Assembly (NCBI GenBank): GCA_016928395.1
Contig: JAFGKV010000143.1
Span: 1-63,148, forward strand
DNA length: 63,148 bases
Source of the DNA: Candidatus Fermentibacterota bacterium
Lineage (GTDB): Bacteria > JAFGKV01
Direction: 5' to 3'
The notes beneath the pieces are model-generated. The model was not told the origin of the DNA. It worked only from the letters and a program-made list of their open reading frames with translations, and ran no database searches. Each line of letters starts with the position of its first letter. Positions within the stretch are counted from its first letter, which is position 1. Made by a program: the position numbers and the translations under genes. Shown in pieces: positions 36,529 through 46,436 of the stretch.

Positions 36529-38208
36529 TCACTCGAAGTTGCAGGTGAACTCGAACTCCTCAGTCCCACCGTCGTGGGTCATCACCCGTATGCGGATGAC
36601 TGTCGGAGTGCGCGGCGGATCCGGGAGTGTGGCGATGGCAAGGAAGCCCGGGGCAAGATCGGACAATCTGGGAAACCTGGCGAGCACATCCGGCCTCAAG
36701 AGACCACGCTTCGCGTCAGGCATGTCGTTCCCGTCAACCGAAACGCCAATTCTCCTGATGGCACGGCCTCCCCTCCCCATCGCCCATCCGCCAAGCCTCA
36801 GATACCGTCCCGCGATGATGCCCACGTCGTCAACTGCACACACGGTACGCGCGAGGAGCCTTCGAAATCGATTGCTGGGACTGGACAGCAGCTTCCCCTG
36901 GATAATGCTCTCGAAGGCATAGACGACCTCAAACTCCTCTGTCTCACCGTGTGCGGTCCTCAGCACGAGACGGATTGTCACCACGACATCAGGCGGCCTC
37001 GGGAGTGTGGCCGAAAAGAAGAAGCCGGTACCTCTGTCGGCAAATTCCGGGCATGTGGCGTTCACGTCTGGACGGGGAATACCCAGCGTGGCATCACTAC
37101 CCTCGTGACGATCGGCAAAACCACGAATCCCTACGATTCGGTTCTCCCTGGAACCCATCGCCCAACCACGAAGCGTCAGGTAGCGCCCCGATATGAGCCG
37201 CACATCATCTACCACGCACGTAGTGTGTTCTAGAACTCGGCCAAGACGACTGTCCCTGAGAGACAACGGTGTCCCTCTGACGCTCAGGCCGGTGGAAACG
37301 GGAGTCCGGTCGAGGCTTGTGAACGGAGTCTGGATGGGTATGAACTCTACCCCCTCGGTATGGAACCTCTTCGACTTGAACTCCGTGTGGGTCATCACAA
37401 ACGAGAGCGCGTCGACGCCGAGGTCTGCGGCCTTGTGCTGGGCAGCAATCAGCTCACCATCGCTGTCATTGAATTCGAAGAGGATGTACTTCCAGACAAC
37501 GAGCGGGGCGTGATCGCCTTGGCCGTGCTTGGCTTCCTCCATGAAGCGAAGCGCTTTCTGAACCGATCCGTTGACGCGATACCGCTCATAGCTCTCTTGA
37601 TAGACCCCGTCACAGGAGACATAGATCTCGTCCAGGCGTTCGCCTCTCATAACCTCGTGGTAGCTGCAGTTGCCGTTGGTGATAAGACGCTGCCTCGTGT
37701 CGGGCAGGATCGTTCGGGCAAGATGCACCAATCCATGAAACTCGGGATGAGTGAGCGGTTCTCCCTGACCGCAGTACTCGATGAAGTCCACCGTGTAGCC
37801 CTCCTCGACGCAACGTTCGAGCAGCGTCTCAAAGAGGCCAAGCGGCAGCACATGGGGAGGACGGCGTTCCTCCATCTGCCGGAGCCTGGAACAGCAGGGA
37901 CAGCGGAGGCCGCAGTAAATCGACGGCTCGACCTGGAGCTTCGTGATGCGGCCGATTCCGAGCGTATCGCGGGTCGCCTCGTGAGGCCGCAAGAACGAGC
38001 ATGCCGAGCACACGGCGCCCCACGGTGCCTCATCCCGGGCGAGCGCGGCCCTCACGCGGAGGTAGGCGTCATTATTCAGGGTCTCCCAAAGCGACCACCC
38101 CGAACCTGCTTCAACGCATCCCAGGGTCACTCGCTCGCCCGCGTCACATTCACACGGAATCTCCCCATTGGCTTTGACATACAGGGTGCTGAGGACTTGG
38201 CAGTTCAT
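36529..38208 (-). CDS. radical SAM protein with N-terminal SPASM-like segment and two tandem C-terminal Ig-like repeats
   Basis: CGLRCPCC, GQGEPL and ITNG; GWAMG..RPDV..GF occurs twice. Confidence 0.85.
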   Translation of the reverse strand: MNCQVLSTLYVKANGEIPCECDAGERVTLGCVEAGSGWSLWETLNNDAYLRVRAALARDEAPWGAVCSACSFLRPHEATRDTLGIGRITKLQVEPSIYCGLRCPCCSRLRQMEERRPPHVLPLGLFETLLERCVEEGYTVDFIEYCGQGEPLTHPEFHGLVHLARTILPDTRQRLITNGNCSYHEVMRGERLDEIYVSCDGVYQESYERYRVNGSVQKALRFMEEAKHGQGDHAPLVVWKYILFEFNDSDGELIAAQHKAADLGVDALSFVMTHTEFKSKRFHTEGVEFIPIQTPFTSLDRTPVSTGLSVRGTPLSLRDSRLGRVLEHTTCVVDDVRLISGRYLTLRGWAMGSRENRIVGIRGFADRHEGSDATLGIPRPDVNATCPEFADRGTGFFFSATLPRPPDVVVTIRLVLRTAHGETEEFEVVYAFESIIQGKLLSSPSNRFRRLLARTVCAVDDVGIIAGRYLRLGGWAMGRGGRAIRRIGVSVDGNDMPDAKRGLLRPDVLARFPRLSDLAPGFLAIATLPDPPRTPTVIRIRVMTHDGGTEEFEFTCNFE

Positions 38209-38690
38209 CCGGCATCATCCTCTTTGACTCGGGCCCTCTCGCTCGAGGGCCGGGCCTGTGTCTCGTGATCAACGAAAGCGTTCTGGGGAGATAGAATCCG
38301 GCCCGTCTGCCGTGTCCGCCCGCCTCACAGTCACCGCGAATCATGCAGGGGCACAGTCACGGCTTCAGAGGCCTCTGTCAGAACGCCACGCAGGGAGCCG
38401 GTCCCCGGTACCATGAACAGGAGAATAACCGCCCGAAGGAAGAGAACGCAACGTGGACATGGCCTGAGGCATGCCAGAGGCCCCTCGACGATCGCGCCAT
38501 CAAAGGCGTACGCTGCAGGGGCCCGGCGAGCCGGAGGCACGACGGAATGTCGAGTCGGGGATTGATACAGGACCTATGCTTTGGGTGTGACGGCCGCTAT
38601 GGACAAATGTGCACCGCGGTCACGGTGCCGGCATTGTCCTTTCGCGGCGAGGGCACTGGGAACAGACCAGGCAACTCGAAACTCAGGCAG

Positions 38691-40184
38691 TTACGACAGA
38701 AGAAACGGCCCGCCTCGGGATTCGCCGACGGCGGAGACCCGGATGGCGGGGCGGTCCTCCACGGGGCAGTGATACTGGCAGATGCCACAGCCGATGCAGC
38801 GGGCAGGGTCAACCTGAGGACGTTTCAACGTGATGGCTTCACCGTCGCGGGTCTGGACCGTCGCGTCCTGGGTCCAGATGGCCTTGGGTGATACGGGGCA
38901 CACCTCCTCGCACACCACGCAGGGCCTATCCATGGCCCACGGCAGGCACCGGCCACGGTCGTAGAATGCAGTGCCGATTTTGACGGGAGTCTGTTCATCC
39001 GCCTCGCGCCCGAGTTTTCGGGCAGGCGTCAGGGCCTGAATCGCCCCTGTGGGGCATACATGGCCACAGAGCACGCATGAGACCTCGCAGTAGCCGGCAT
39101 CAAACCGCATGACCGGGGTCCAGATACCCTCAACGCCGGCCTCGGAGGTAGCGAGTTGGATGACTCCGGTGGGGCACGACCGGGCGCAGAGACCACACCT
39201 GGCGCACCGCGCCAAGAACTCGTCTTCAGGCACGGCTCCCGGCGGCCGAACCCGCCGCTCGGCGGCTTCGGCCGGCGAAGGAGAACCTGCTCTGATTGCT
39301 GGCCAGGCCACCAGCCCCACCACGGCGGCCAGGGCCGCTCTCCTGCCATCGATGCCCGGCGGACGCCGTTCCGGCACGGGAGCGCCGACTCTCCCATATG
39401 AGAGTGCTCCCTCGGGGCAGCGTGTCCGGCAGTTCATACAGACGACGCACTCCGATCGGGCCAGCTCGGCACTGGGCGTAGCTGCCCCGCTGCACGTCAG
39501 GTCGCATACTCCGCAGGAAGTGCAGAGGGCACTATCCCGGCCGATGCCAAAGGGAGCATACCGGGAGAGCAGGCCCAGGAGAGCGCCCAAGGGACAGAAT
39601 GCTTTGCACCAGAGACGCGGGATGAAACGGTTTGCCGCCAACACAGAGGCCAGGAGCAACGCGGGCAGGATGCCTCCGGGCAGATAGACGTCGTGGCTGA
39701 ACAGGGGAACACCCACCCCCGCCAGCAGTGGCCCGACGAGGGTTTGCAGGCCCCGGGCTACAAGGGAGAGGGGATCCAGCATCCCGGCCAGCAGGGTGCC
39801 CAGCAAGGCCGCCACCAGAAACCCAACCAGAAGGTAATACTTGGTGCGAAACAGGGCTCGGGGCGCATTGGCCGCGCGCTGCTTGGCAGCGCTGCCGCGC
39901 CCTCTCCATCCGATGGCGTCGTTGAGGGTGCCCAGCGGACAGACCCATCCGCAGAACACCCGGCCCAAAAACACCGTGGCCAGGACGACCCCCAATGACA
40001 GAGCGAGCCCGCCATGGAGGCTGCGACTGGAAAGCATGGTGCCGATGGCCAGGAGGGGGTCGGCATGGAAGAACAGGTCAACCGGCCAACCGCGGATCCA
40101 GCCGGTTCGGCCCACTGTCAGCAGAAACAGGAAGAGCAGGAGGAAGAACGTCTGGTAGGTGCGGCGAAGAGCTCGGTGGGTCAT
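38691..40184 (-). CDS. membrane polyferredoxin (NapH-like + MauM/NapG-like fusion)
   Basis: GRVFCGWVCPLG, WCKAFCPLG, RPPGAV and multiple CxxCxxCxxxCP motifs. Confidence 0.9.
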   Translation of the reverse strand: MTHRALRRTYQTFFLLLFLFLLTVGRTGWIRGWPVDLFFHADPLLAIGTMLSSRSLHGGLALSLGVVLATVFLGRVFCGWVCPLGTLNDAIGWRGRGSAAKQRAANAPRALFRTKYYLLVGFLVAALLGTLLAGMLDPLSLVARGLQTLVGPLLAGVGVPLFSHDVYLPGGILPALLLASVLAANRFIPRLWCKAFCPLGALLGLLSRYAPFGIGRDSALCTSCGVCDLTCSGAATPSAELARSECVVCMNCRTRCPEGALSYGRVGAPVPERRPPGIDGRRAALAAVVGLVAWPAIRAGSPSPAEAAERRVRPPGAVPEDEFLARCARCGLCARSCPTGVIQLATSEAGVEGIWTPVMRFDAGYCEVSCVLCGHVCPTGAIQALTPARKLGREADEQTPVKIGTAFYDRGRCLPWAMDRPCVVCEEVCPVSPKAIWTQDATVQTRDGEAITLKRPQVDPARCIGCGICQYHCPVEDRPAIRVSAVGESRGGPFLLS

Positions 40185-40395
40185 GGTGTCAGGTGAGTGG
40201 AATGATGGATGAATGGAAACACTTCTGACGTCTCACAGCTCGTCACACCGCTCTTCCCGCGCCTCCCGCTATCGACATCGAACAGCGAACGTTGAACCGT
40301 CTGCACCCCATCATTCCATCCCTCCAGTATCCCACCATGTCCGCGGGGAGGCTGGTTGGCCGGCTGGAGTCGGCCAACCGCGAGCGCAGCGAGCC

Positions 40396-41352
40396 TCATG
40401 TCATCACCGGGTTGAGGCTGCGCCAGGTGGAGGTCCCGAAGCCTCGTCGCTCGGCCAGTCGAATGCTCTTGATGGCCCGGGAGGAGCGGCCCATGAGTTC
40501 GGCGGCCCACGAGTCCAATGCGACTTGGTCTGTTCCCGCAGCAACTTGATCGGTGGCCATGACATCCGACGCACGGCCTCCCGTTGGCCCGTTGCGGATC
40601 AGAGAACGTGTCCCGTCCACCACCACCAGCGTCGGGGCAAACGCACCGGCCAGATCGGCGATTACCTCATCCAGCTTCTGATGAAACGTATTGCGTCCGG
40701 TGCCAAGAAATCCGTACCAGTTTTTCATGGTGACGGAGATGCCGGCCAGGTTGTGGTCCTTGACCGTGGGAATCCCTATGAGCCGGTCCGCGCGGCCAAG
40801 GAGATCTGCCAGGCCTTCCCACGACCCAATCGCCTCGCCCTGGATGACAATAGATCCGAAGTCAGAGGCACGGGGCAGGAGGACGGTCGCCCCCGCAGCC
40901 TCGGCGGCGGATCCGATACCGCTGACCGCGAAGCATCGCCGCGGGTTGTTGATGGGATTATCGGTCACCCACACCTCCCTGGCGCCGGCTTCACGGCAGA
41001 GCCGCACCACGGCGGAGACTACCTCCGGCGAGGTTGTCGCGCCGAAAGACGGCGGACGATCGAACCCCACATTGGGCTTGATCAGCACTCGGTCGCCGGG
41101 GAGCACGAAGCGATCCATTCCCCCCAATGCCTCGACGGCTCGTCTGACACCGACATCCGGCAGGCGTGCGTCCGCGGCGGACATGGCGATGTCAAGAGAC
41201 TCCAGGCCCTGCCGGTAGTCGGGGAGCACGAGCCCTTCAGAGCCCCGGCGAATCGGGCGGCGGTGCAGCACAGCATACCCGCCAGTAAGCAGAAGCCCCG
41301 CGCCCGACGCCCGGGCCAGCAGGGACAGAAATGCCCGCCGCTGAGGCTTCAT
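40396..41352 (-). CDS. Tat-exported DUF362 protein
   Basis: QRRAFL signal; VLIKPN, TTSPEVV, PTVKDH, MKNWYG and TDQVALD motifs. Confidence 0.88.
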   Translation of the reverse strand: MKPQRRAFLSLLARASGAGLLLTGGYAVLHRRPIRRGSEGLVLPDYRQGLESLDIAMSAADARLPDVGVRRAVEALGGMDRFVLPGDRVLIKPNVGFDRPPSFGATTSPEVVSAVVRLCREAGAREVWVTDNPINNPRRCFAVSGIGSAAEAAGATVLLPRASDFGSIVIQGEAIGSWEGLADLLGRADRLIGIPTVKDHNLAGISVTMKNWYGFLGTGRNTFHQKLDEVIADLAGAFAPTLVVVDGTRSLIRNGPTGGRASDVMATDQVAAGTDQVALDSWAAELMGRSSRAIKSIRLAERRGFGTSTWRSLNPVMT

Positions 41353-41888
41353 GCGGGGAGGCTCGCCATGACTCGCCGACCGATGGCTTGGACGGCGGCC
41401 CGGGTTCGCGGCGTGTCCACCGCGGCCAGGATTTGTACGTAGAGGTCTCCCCTCACCATAAACAGGCTGGCCTCCGCGAAGTAGCCGCCGAACTCGGCGT
41501 CTTCGGCTGCGTCAGGGGGTTTCTCCAGCGCATGCATGGCCGATGCCTGGTCTCCCTGATCGTAGAGGAAGACCTCCACGTAGTCGCCACTCTCCGAATG
41601 GAGGAAGGAGTGAACCTGCAACCGCCGGAATCCATGAGCCAAGTAGACGTCCGCTCCTCCGTTTATCTTGGCGTACAGCTCCCCGGGGCCGAAGGTTTCG
41701 GGTTCGAAGGCCTCCTCCCACCCTTCGCCCAGCGCTGCCGGATCAATGGCCAGGCCGGTCACGCCCGTCGTTTCTTCCGGTTGGAGTTCTGGCTGCGGCA
41801 GGTCCTCCGGACCGGAGTGAAGCCCCAGGATCATCACACCCACGGCAATGACCACCAGGGGAAACACCGAGAGGACGCAGCGAACCAT
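41349..41888 (-). CDS. DUF6599-like membrane-anchored protein
   Basis: LYAKINGGADVYLAHGF motif, single N-terminal TM; overlaps the DUF362 start. Confidence 0.7.
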   Translation of the reverse strand: MVRCVLSVFPLVVIAVGVMILGLHSGPEDLPQPELQPEETTGVTGLAIDPAALGEGWEEAFEPETFGPGELYAKINGGADVYLAHGFRRLQVHSFLHSESGDYVEVFLYDQGDQASAMHALEKPPDAAEDAEFGGYFAEASLFMVRGDLYVQILAAVDTPRTRAAVQAIGRRVMASLPA

Positions 41889-41901
41889 GCCGAACACCGA
41901 C

Positions 41902-44292
41902 CTAGGGTGATCCCACGGTGAGCTCCCACACGATGTCGCCGGCCGTGTTGGACGGCGCCGAACGGTTGCCGGCCGCATCGGCCGCGATGATGCGATAGAA
42001 GTACTGCTCGCCGGGCGCGGCCCCCGCGGCAGGATCAATCCACGTGCACGGCGGGGGATTGCCCAAGAGAGTGTGCAACTCCCCACCGAGCGCAGGCACA
42101 TAGTGCCCCATACCGGCACGATAGATGTCGTACCTGGTCACCCCCACATTGTCGCCGGGGTTGCTCCAGGTCAGCCGGATGCCGTTCACGGGGCCGGGTC
42201 CCGCCATGAGGTCTCCGATGCACCCCGGGGACTCCGTATCCGGCGTGCCGCCACCCAGGTCGCCCGTGACCACCACGGCGAAAGGCTGGGGACCGTAAGG
42301 GATGTTATGGCCGCGCACGGTTATGGAGTAGCTTCCGGCTGCCGGCGTGTTGAACTGGGCGCATTCCACCACGTTTCTTCGGTCGGCACTGCCGCCGGTA
42401 CATGATTGACCGCCTGAGTACACATTGCCGAGATAGAACCCCGTGGGAGCAGTGACTTCCAGATCGAGGTCGTTTACCAGGGCAACGCCCGTTCCCTGGG
42501 CCGCGGGATAGTCGGTCCAGACCAACACAATCTCCAAGGGCTGCGACGTCCCCGCAGTGTAGGCGTATGTCCGCGTCTGGCCGGTGGTAATGCCCACCGA
42601 CTCATCCACCACGCTGAGTTGGCGAGGATCAGCCGGGAAGTAGAGGGCGTCGTCCAGCAGTATCCGTCCCCAGCCCTGGTTATTGTCAGGGAAGGTGCCG
42701 CCGATGGTCGTCCCGGAGTTGACCAGCGTCGCCTTGATTAGTGCCGCCGACGGAAGAAAGGCATTGGCTGGAACCGGGACTCCGGTGGGGTAGTAGCCTT
42801 CGGTGAAGTACTGGCGCACCAGAAGCCCGGCGGCCGCCGAGGCGGGCGTGGCCATGCTGGTTCCCCTGAAGGGGTTTCCCTGCACATTGCAGGTCTGGGA
42901 AGGAGGATTGCCGGTGGTGTTGTTGGCCGAGTTGATATAGTTGCCAGTCTCGCCCCCCGGCGCCACGATTGTCGGCTTGCGGCGAGTGTCATAGGCCGGC
43001 CCGCGGCTGGAGTAGGAGGCCATGAGGTGCTGGCTGGGGGCCTGTTGGGTCGCACCCACGGATACGCAGTTCTTGGCCGTGGCCGGGCTGCCGATGGTGC
43101 CCGAGTTGGGGCCGGCATTGCCCATGGCGAAGAAGATGAGGAAGTTCTTGTGATTCCACATGAAGTTGTCGACATCCTGCGCCATGGAGTCATAGGTGTT
43201 CGAGGAGGATCCCCAGCTGTTCGTGTGGAGGTAGGCGCCGTCATTGAGAGAGTTCAGATACGAGGGCTCTAGGTCGCTCGGAATGTTGACCGATCCTGTC
43301 GAGCACGCCCAGGAATCGTCCTGGCCCACGTCCTGGAATGTCAGACGCGCCTTGTAGGCGAGGCCATTGTACGCGGAGTTGGTTCCGAAGATGTCCTCCC
43401 CGAGGACCGTACCCGTGACATGGGTGCCGTGACCGTCGGCGCACCCGTCATACGCCGCACCCCCGGTGAGACGGTATGCCTGCACCTTGCGGTGGTTGGC
43501 GCCGAAGGAGTCGCCCTCGGGATCTCGGAAGAAACAGGAGTTGTAGTCGAGCCCCGAGTCCATGATGCCGATGATCTGCCCTTCGCCGTGAAGCCCCCGG
43601 TCCCACGCAGGGGTGCCATCCGTCTGGTTGCTCTGGAGCACCCACTTCGTACGGTTATTGAGCAGGAAGCACTCGGGTATCTCCTCGATCCATTCGACTC
43701 CGTTCATGCGGGCGAGGGGATGGACGAGTTCCGGTGGGGCGTGCACCACCAGCAGATCGCCCAGGGGTTTGGTGATGATCTCCCGCACTTCGCCACCCAT
43801 TGCTTCCACCTCGTCGGCGAGGACTGAACCCCGCTCCGTGGGGAACAGCCGGACCTTGAGCCACAGAAGTGGATCCTCGGCCCGGGCCGGGTGCATGAAT
43901 GTCTGGTTTCCCACGGTCGACGCGATCTTGAAGGCCGGATGATACGGCCCGACCCACGTGACCCCTCCATCGCCCCGCCAAGACAGGATGGCCGCTCCGT
44001 CACCGCGGACTATCCATGCATGGTAGGGCAGATACCGAACGGGTTCGACGCCCCCCTGGCGAAGCCCTTCTAGGGCCGTTTCGGTTGTCGGCCCGTCGAA
44101 CTTCACGATGCCATACGTGACGACTCCCGCCTCGAGGCGGCTTGACAGCTCGGGCGGGACCACCGGTCCCCCGGTTCGCGGATCGATGGCATACCTCTGG
44201 AGTATGATCATATCCTCGATCGGCTCGGCGACGCGTGCCTGAGCAATCATGAGAGGCAGCACCACAAGGAATCCAAGACACCGAATCATCAC
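41902..44292 (-). CDS. secreted S8 serine peptidase (KP-43-like) with C-terminal FN3-like domain
   Basis: DSG, HGTHVTG and GTSMATP catalytic triad; ATAKNCVSVGA, QGWGRI and LVNDLDL motifs. Confidence 0.93.
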   Translation of the reverse strand: MMIRCLGFLVVLPLMIAQARVAEPIEDMIILQRYAIDPRTGGPVVPPELSSRLEAGVVTYGIVKFDGPTTETALEGLRQGGVEPVRYLPYHAWIVRGDGAAILSWRGDGGVTWVGPYHPAFKIASTVGNQTFMHPARAEDPLLWLKVRLFPTERGSVLADEVEAMGGEVREIITKPLGDLLVVHAPPELVHPLARMNGVEWIEEIPECFLLNNRTKWVLQSNQTDGTPAWDRGLHGEGQIIGIMDSGLDYNSCFFRDPEGDSFGANHRKVQAYRLTGGAAYDGCADGHGTHVTGTVLGEDIFGTNSAYNGLAYKARLTFQDVGQDDSWACSTGSVNIPSDLEPSYLNSLNDGAYLHTNSWGSSSNTYDSMAQDVDNFMWNHKNFLIFFAMGNAGPNSGTIGSPATAKNCVSVGATQQAPSQHLMASYSSRGPAYDTRRKPTIVAPGGETGNYINSANNTTGNPPSQTCNVQGNPFRGTSMATPASAAAGLLVRQYFTEGYYPTGVPVPANAFLPSAALIKATLVNSGTTIGGTFPDNNQGWGRILLDDALYFPADPRQLSVVDESVGITTGQTRTYAYTAGTSQPLEIVLVWTDYPAAQGTGVALVNDLDLEVTAPTGFYLGNVYSGGQSCTGGSADRRNVVECAQFNTPAAGSYSITVRGHNIPYGPQPFAVVVTGDLGGGTPDTESPGCIGDLMAGPGPVNGIRLTWSNPGDNVGVTRYDIYRAGMGHYVPALGGELHTLLGNPPPCTWIDPAAGAAPGEQYFYRIIAADAAGNRSAPSNTAGDIVWELTVGSP

Positions 44293-44342
44293 ATCTGCCC
44301 TCCAAAGGGATGTACGACCGCTACCAGCACGCCCACCAGACC

Positions 44343-44372
44343 ATTGTTAGGATGAGCAGAGATTGTTGTCAA
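44343..44372 (-). promoter_or_regulatory. possible sigma70 promoter of the S8 peptidase
   Basis: Minus strand TTGACA-17bp-TAACAAT. Confidence 0.4.
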
Positions 44373-44688
44373 CGGCATTGCGGCAGCGTCCGTCCGTCTG
44401 AGCTCGCATCGTGCGTACGCGAGGGCGAGAAAACAGCAATGCGGAAAAAGGAGATCGGGCGTGTCTGACTCCGATCTCCCGTACCATTCACCGAATGATA
44501 CAGCCCCCATCATTCCATGCCGTGGGTCTGGGACTTCGAGCTCCCTGCGTCGGATTTCCCACGGACCCGCGGCGTTCATGCATCACCTCTTCCGGGAAAC
44601 CTCGGCGTTTGTCTGGACAGGCCACGGATCGGCGCCTACCTTTCTTGCTTCGGTTTCGATCACTCGTGTCCCCGAGGACCGCAACGGC

Positions 44689-45801
44689 ATGATGTATTCG
44701 ATCGTCCCTCTACTCGTGGCCGCGTTCCTCTCCTCGGCGGAAGCCGAGGTGCGCATGACCGCGGTGGATACGCCCAACGACGGCGGCGGCTCCATAACCC
44801 TCCGCTGGATCCCGTTGGTCCAGACGGAATACGCCGAGTCGGTCTCTGTCTTGGGGCTCTATCGCCGCGACGGCCTCGGCGGCGAACGCATCGGGCTGGC
44901 GGAACTTGCCCTCGGGGACAGTGCATTCATCGATGAGGACGTGGTGAACCGCCAGCGGTACGTCTACGAGATCGAAGCAGAGTTTCCGTCGTCCACCGCC
45001 ATCCTGGGCACGGCAGAAGGAACTGCGGCGACCCAGTGGTTCCGCACCGACCGGTCCGCGGTGTTCGTGGCCGTGGTGGTCTTCACCGGGCTTCTCCTCT
45101 GGTTCACCTACCACGCTCGATCAGGCCGGCGAATGTTCATTCGGCGTATCGCCGGCCTGGAGGCCGTGGAAGAAGCGGTGGGTCGCGCCACCGAGATGGG
45201 CAAGCCCATCATGTACATCCCCGGCATCAGCTCCATGGATGATGTGGCCACCATCGCCTCCATCCAGATCCTGGCGCAGGTGGCCAAGAAGGCCGGCGAG
45301 TATGGCACCCGGCTCATGGTGCCCAACCGCGACCCCATCGTGATGGCGGTCGCCCAGGAAATCGTCAAAGAGTCGTATAACCAGATAGGCAGGCCCGATC
45401 TCTACAATCATGATGACATCTACTACGTAACCTACAGCCAGTTCGGCTATGCCGCCGCAGTCAGCGGCATCATGCTCCGAGAGCGCCCGGCCACAAACTT
45501 CCTTCTGGGCATGTTCTACGCGGAATCTCTCATACTGTCGGAGACCGGCAACACCACGGGCGCGATCCAGATCGCCGGCACCGACTCAGATGCCCAGTTG
45601 CCGTTTTTCATCACGTCCTGTGACTACACGCTTATCGGGGAAGAGCTCTACGCGGCCAGCGTCTACCTCTCCCGCGAGCCCATGCTCCTGGGCAGCCTCA
45701 AGGCGCAGGACTATGCCAAAGCCTTGCTCCTAGCCCTGACCGCCATCGGCGTCGTGCTCTCCATCGCCGGCATCCCCCAGTTTGCCCGAGCGTTCCACTG
45801 A
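44689..45801 (+). CDS. DUF6754-like membrane protein with N-terminal FN3-like domain
   Basis: Signal peptide; DTPNDGGGSI.L.W; IRRIAGLEAVEEAVGRATEMGKP, AESLILSETG and DYTLIGEELYAAS motifs. Confidence 0.82.
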   Translation: MMYSIVPLLVAAFLSSAEAEVRMTAVDTPNDGGGSITLRWIPLVQTEYAESVSVLGLYRRDGLGGERIGLAELALGDSAFIDEDVVNRQRYVYEIEAEFPSSTAILGTAEGTAATQWFRTDRSAVFVAVVVFTGLLLWFTYHARSGRRMFIRRIAGLEAVEEAVGRATEMGKPIMYIPGISSMDDVATIASIQILAQVAKKAGEYGTRLMVPNRDPIVMAVAQEIVKESYNQIGRPDLYNHDDIYYVTYSQFGYAAAVSGIMLRERPATNFLLGMFYAESLILSETGNTTGAIQIAGTDSDAQLPFFITSCDYTLIGEELYAASVYLSREPMLLGSLKAQDYAKALLLALTAIGVVLSIAGIPQFARAFH

Positions 45802-46433
45802 TGTTCAGACGAACCATTCCCACCATCCTTGCCTTCGTGGTGGGCGTGTTCATGATCGTGCAGTTCTTCGTGCCCCATCCCGTGCTGCAGACACTGTACA
45901 ACATGGTCTTGGATTGGAAACAGGTCGTGTTCGGCTGCGTGCTCATCGTGGGAACTCTGACCCTCGTGCGTCACCATGCGGTCAGGATACGATTCCGGAA
46001 GCAGGGCTATGGGTACAGCGTCATCGCCTTGGTCAGCCTGTTCGCCATGGTGCTGGCCGGCGCCGTATGGGGCATCGAGAAGGGGCCGTATCCGTGGCTC
46101 TTCGACTATGTGCAGATCCCGGGCCAGGCGACGATGTTCAGCTTGCTGGGGTTCTTTATTGCCACGGCGGCCTATCGCTCGTTCCGGGCCCGCAATGTCA
46201 CGGCCACGCTGCTCTTACTGTCGGGAGTGATCGTCATGCTGGGCAGGGTCCCGGCGGGCGAGCACATCGCCGTGGCGGGGGTGTCCTTGTCCGATCTGGC
46301 GACGTGGATCCTGGACTATCCTAACAATGCTGCGAAGCGTGGCATCCTCATAGGGGTTGGCTTGGGGATGACCTCCACCGCATTGAAGATCATCATTGGC
46401 ATCGAGCGGTCGTACCTGGGGAAAGGAGACTGA
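45801..46433 (+). CDS. conserved hypothetical multi-pass membrane protein
   Basis: About 6 TM; ATMFSLLGFFIATAAYRSFRARN and KIIIGIERSYLG; TGATG coupling. Confidence 0.85.
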   Translation: MFRRTIPTILAFVVGVFMIVQFFVPHPVLQTLYNMVLDWKQVVFGCVLIVGTLTLVRHHAVRIRFRKQGYGYSVIALVSLFAMVLAGAVWGIEKGPYPWLFDYVQIPGQATMFSLLGFFIATAAYRSFRARNVTATLLLLSGVIVMLGRVPAGEHIAVAGVSLSDLATWILDYPNNAAKRGILIGVGLGMTSTALKIIIGIERSYLGKGD

Positions 46434-46436
46434 GGC

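Noticed and set aside
38210-38690. ncRNA or small gene in the 480-bp gap
   Set aside because: No recognisable RNA family, SD-led ORF or long stem was found by eye
40213-41442. Long antisense or alternate-frame ORFs (e.g. 40213-41442, 61555-62739, 28203-29285, 15230-16252)
   Set aside because: Shadow ORFs of well-supported genes in GC-rich DNA
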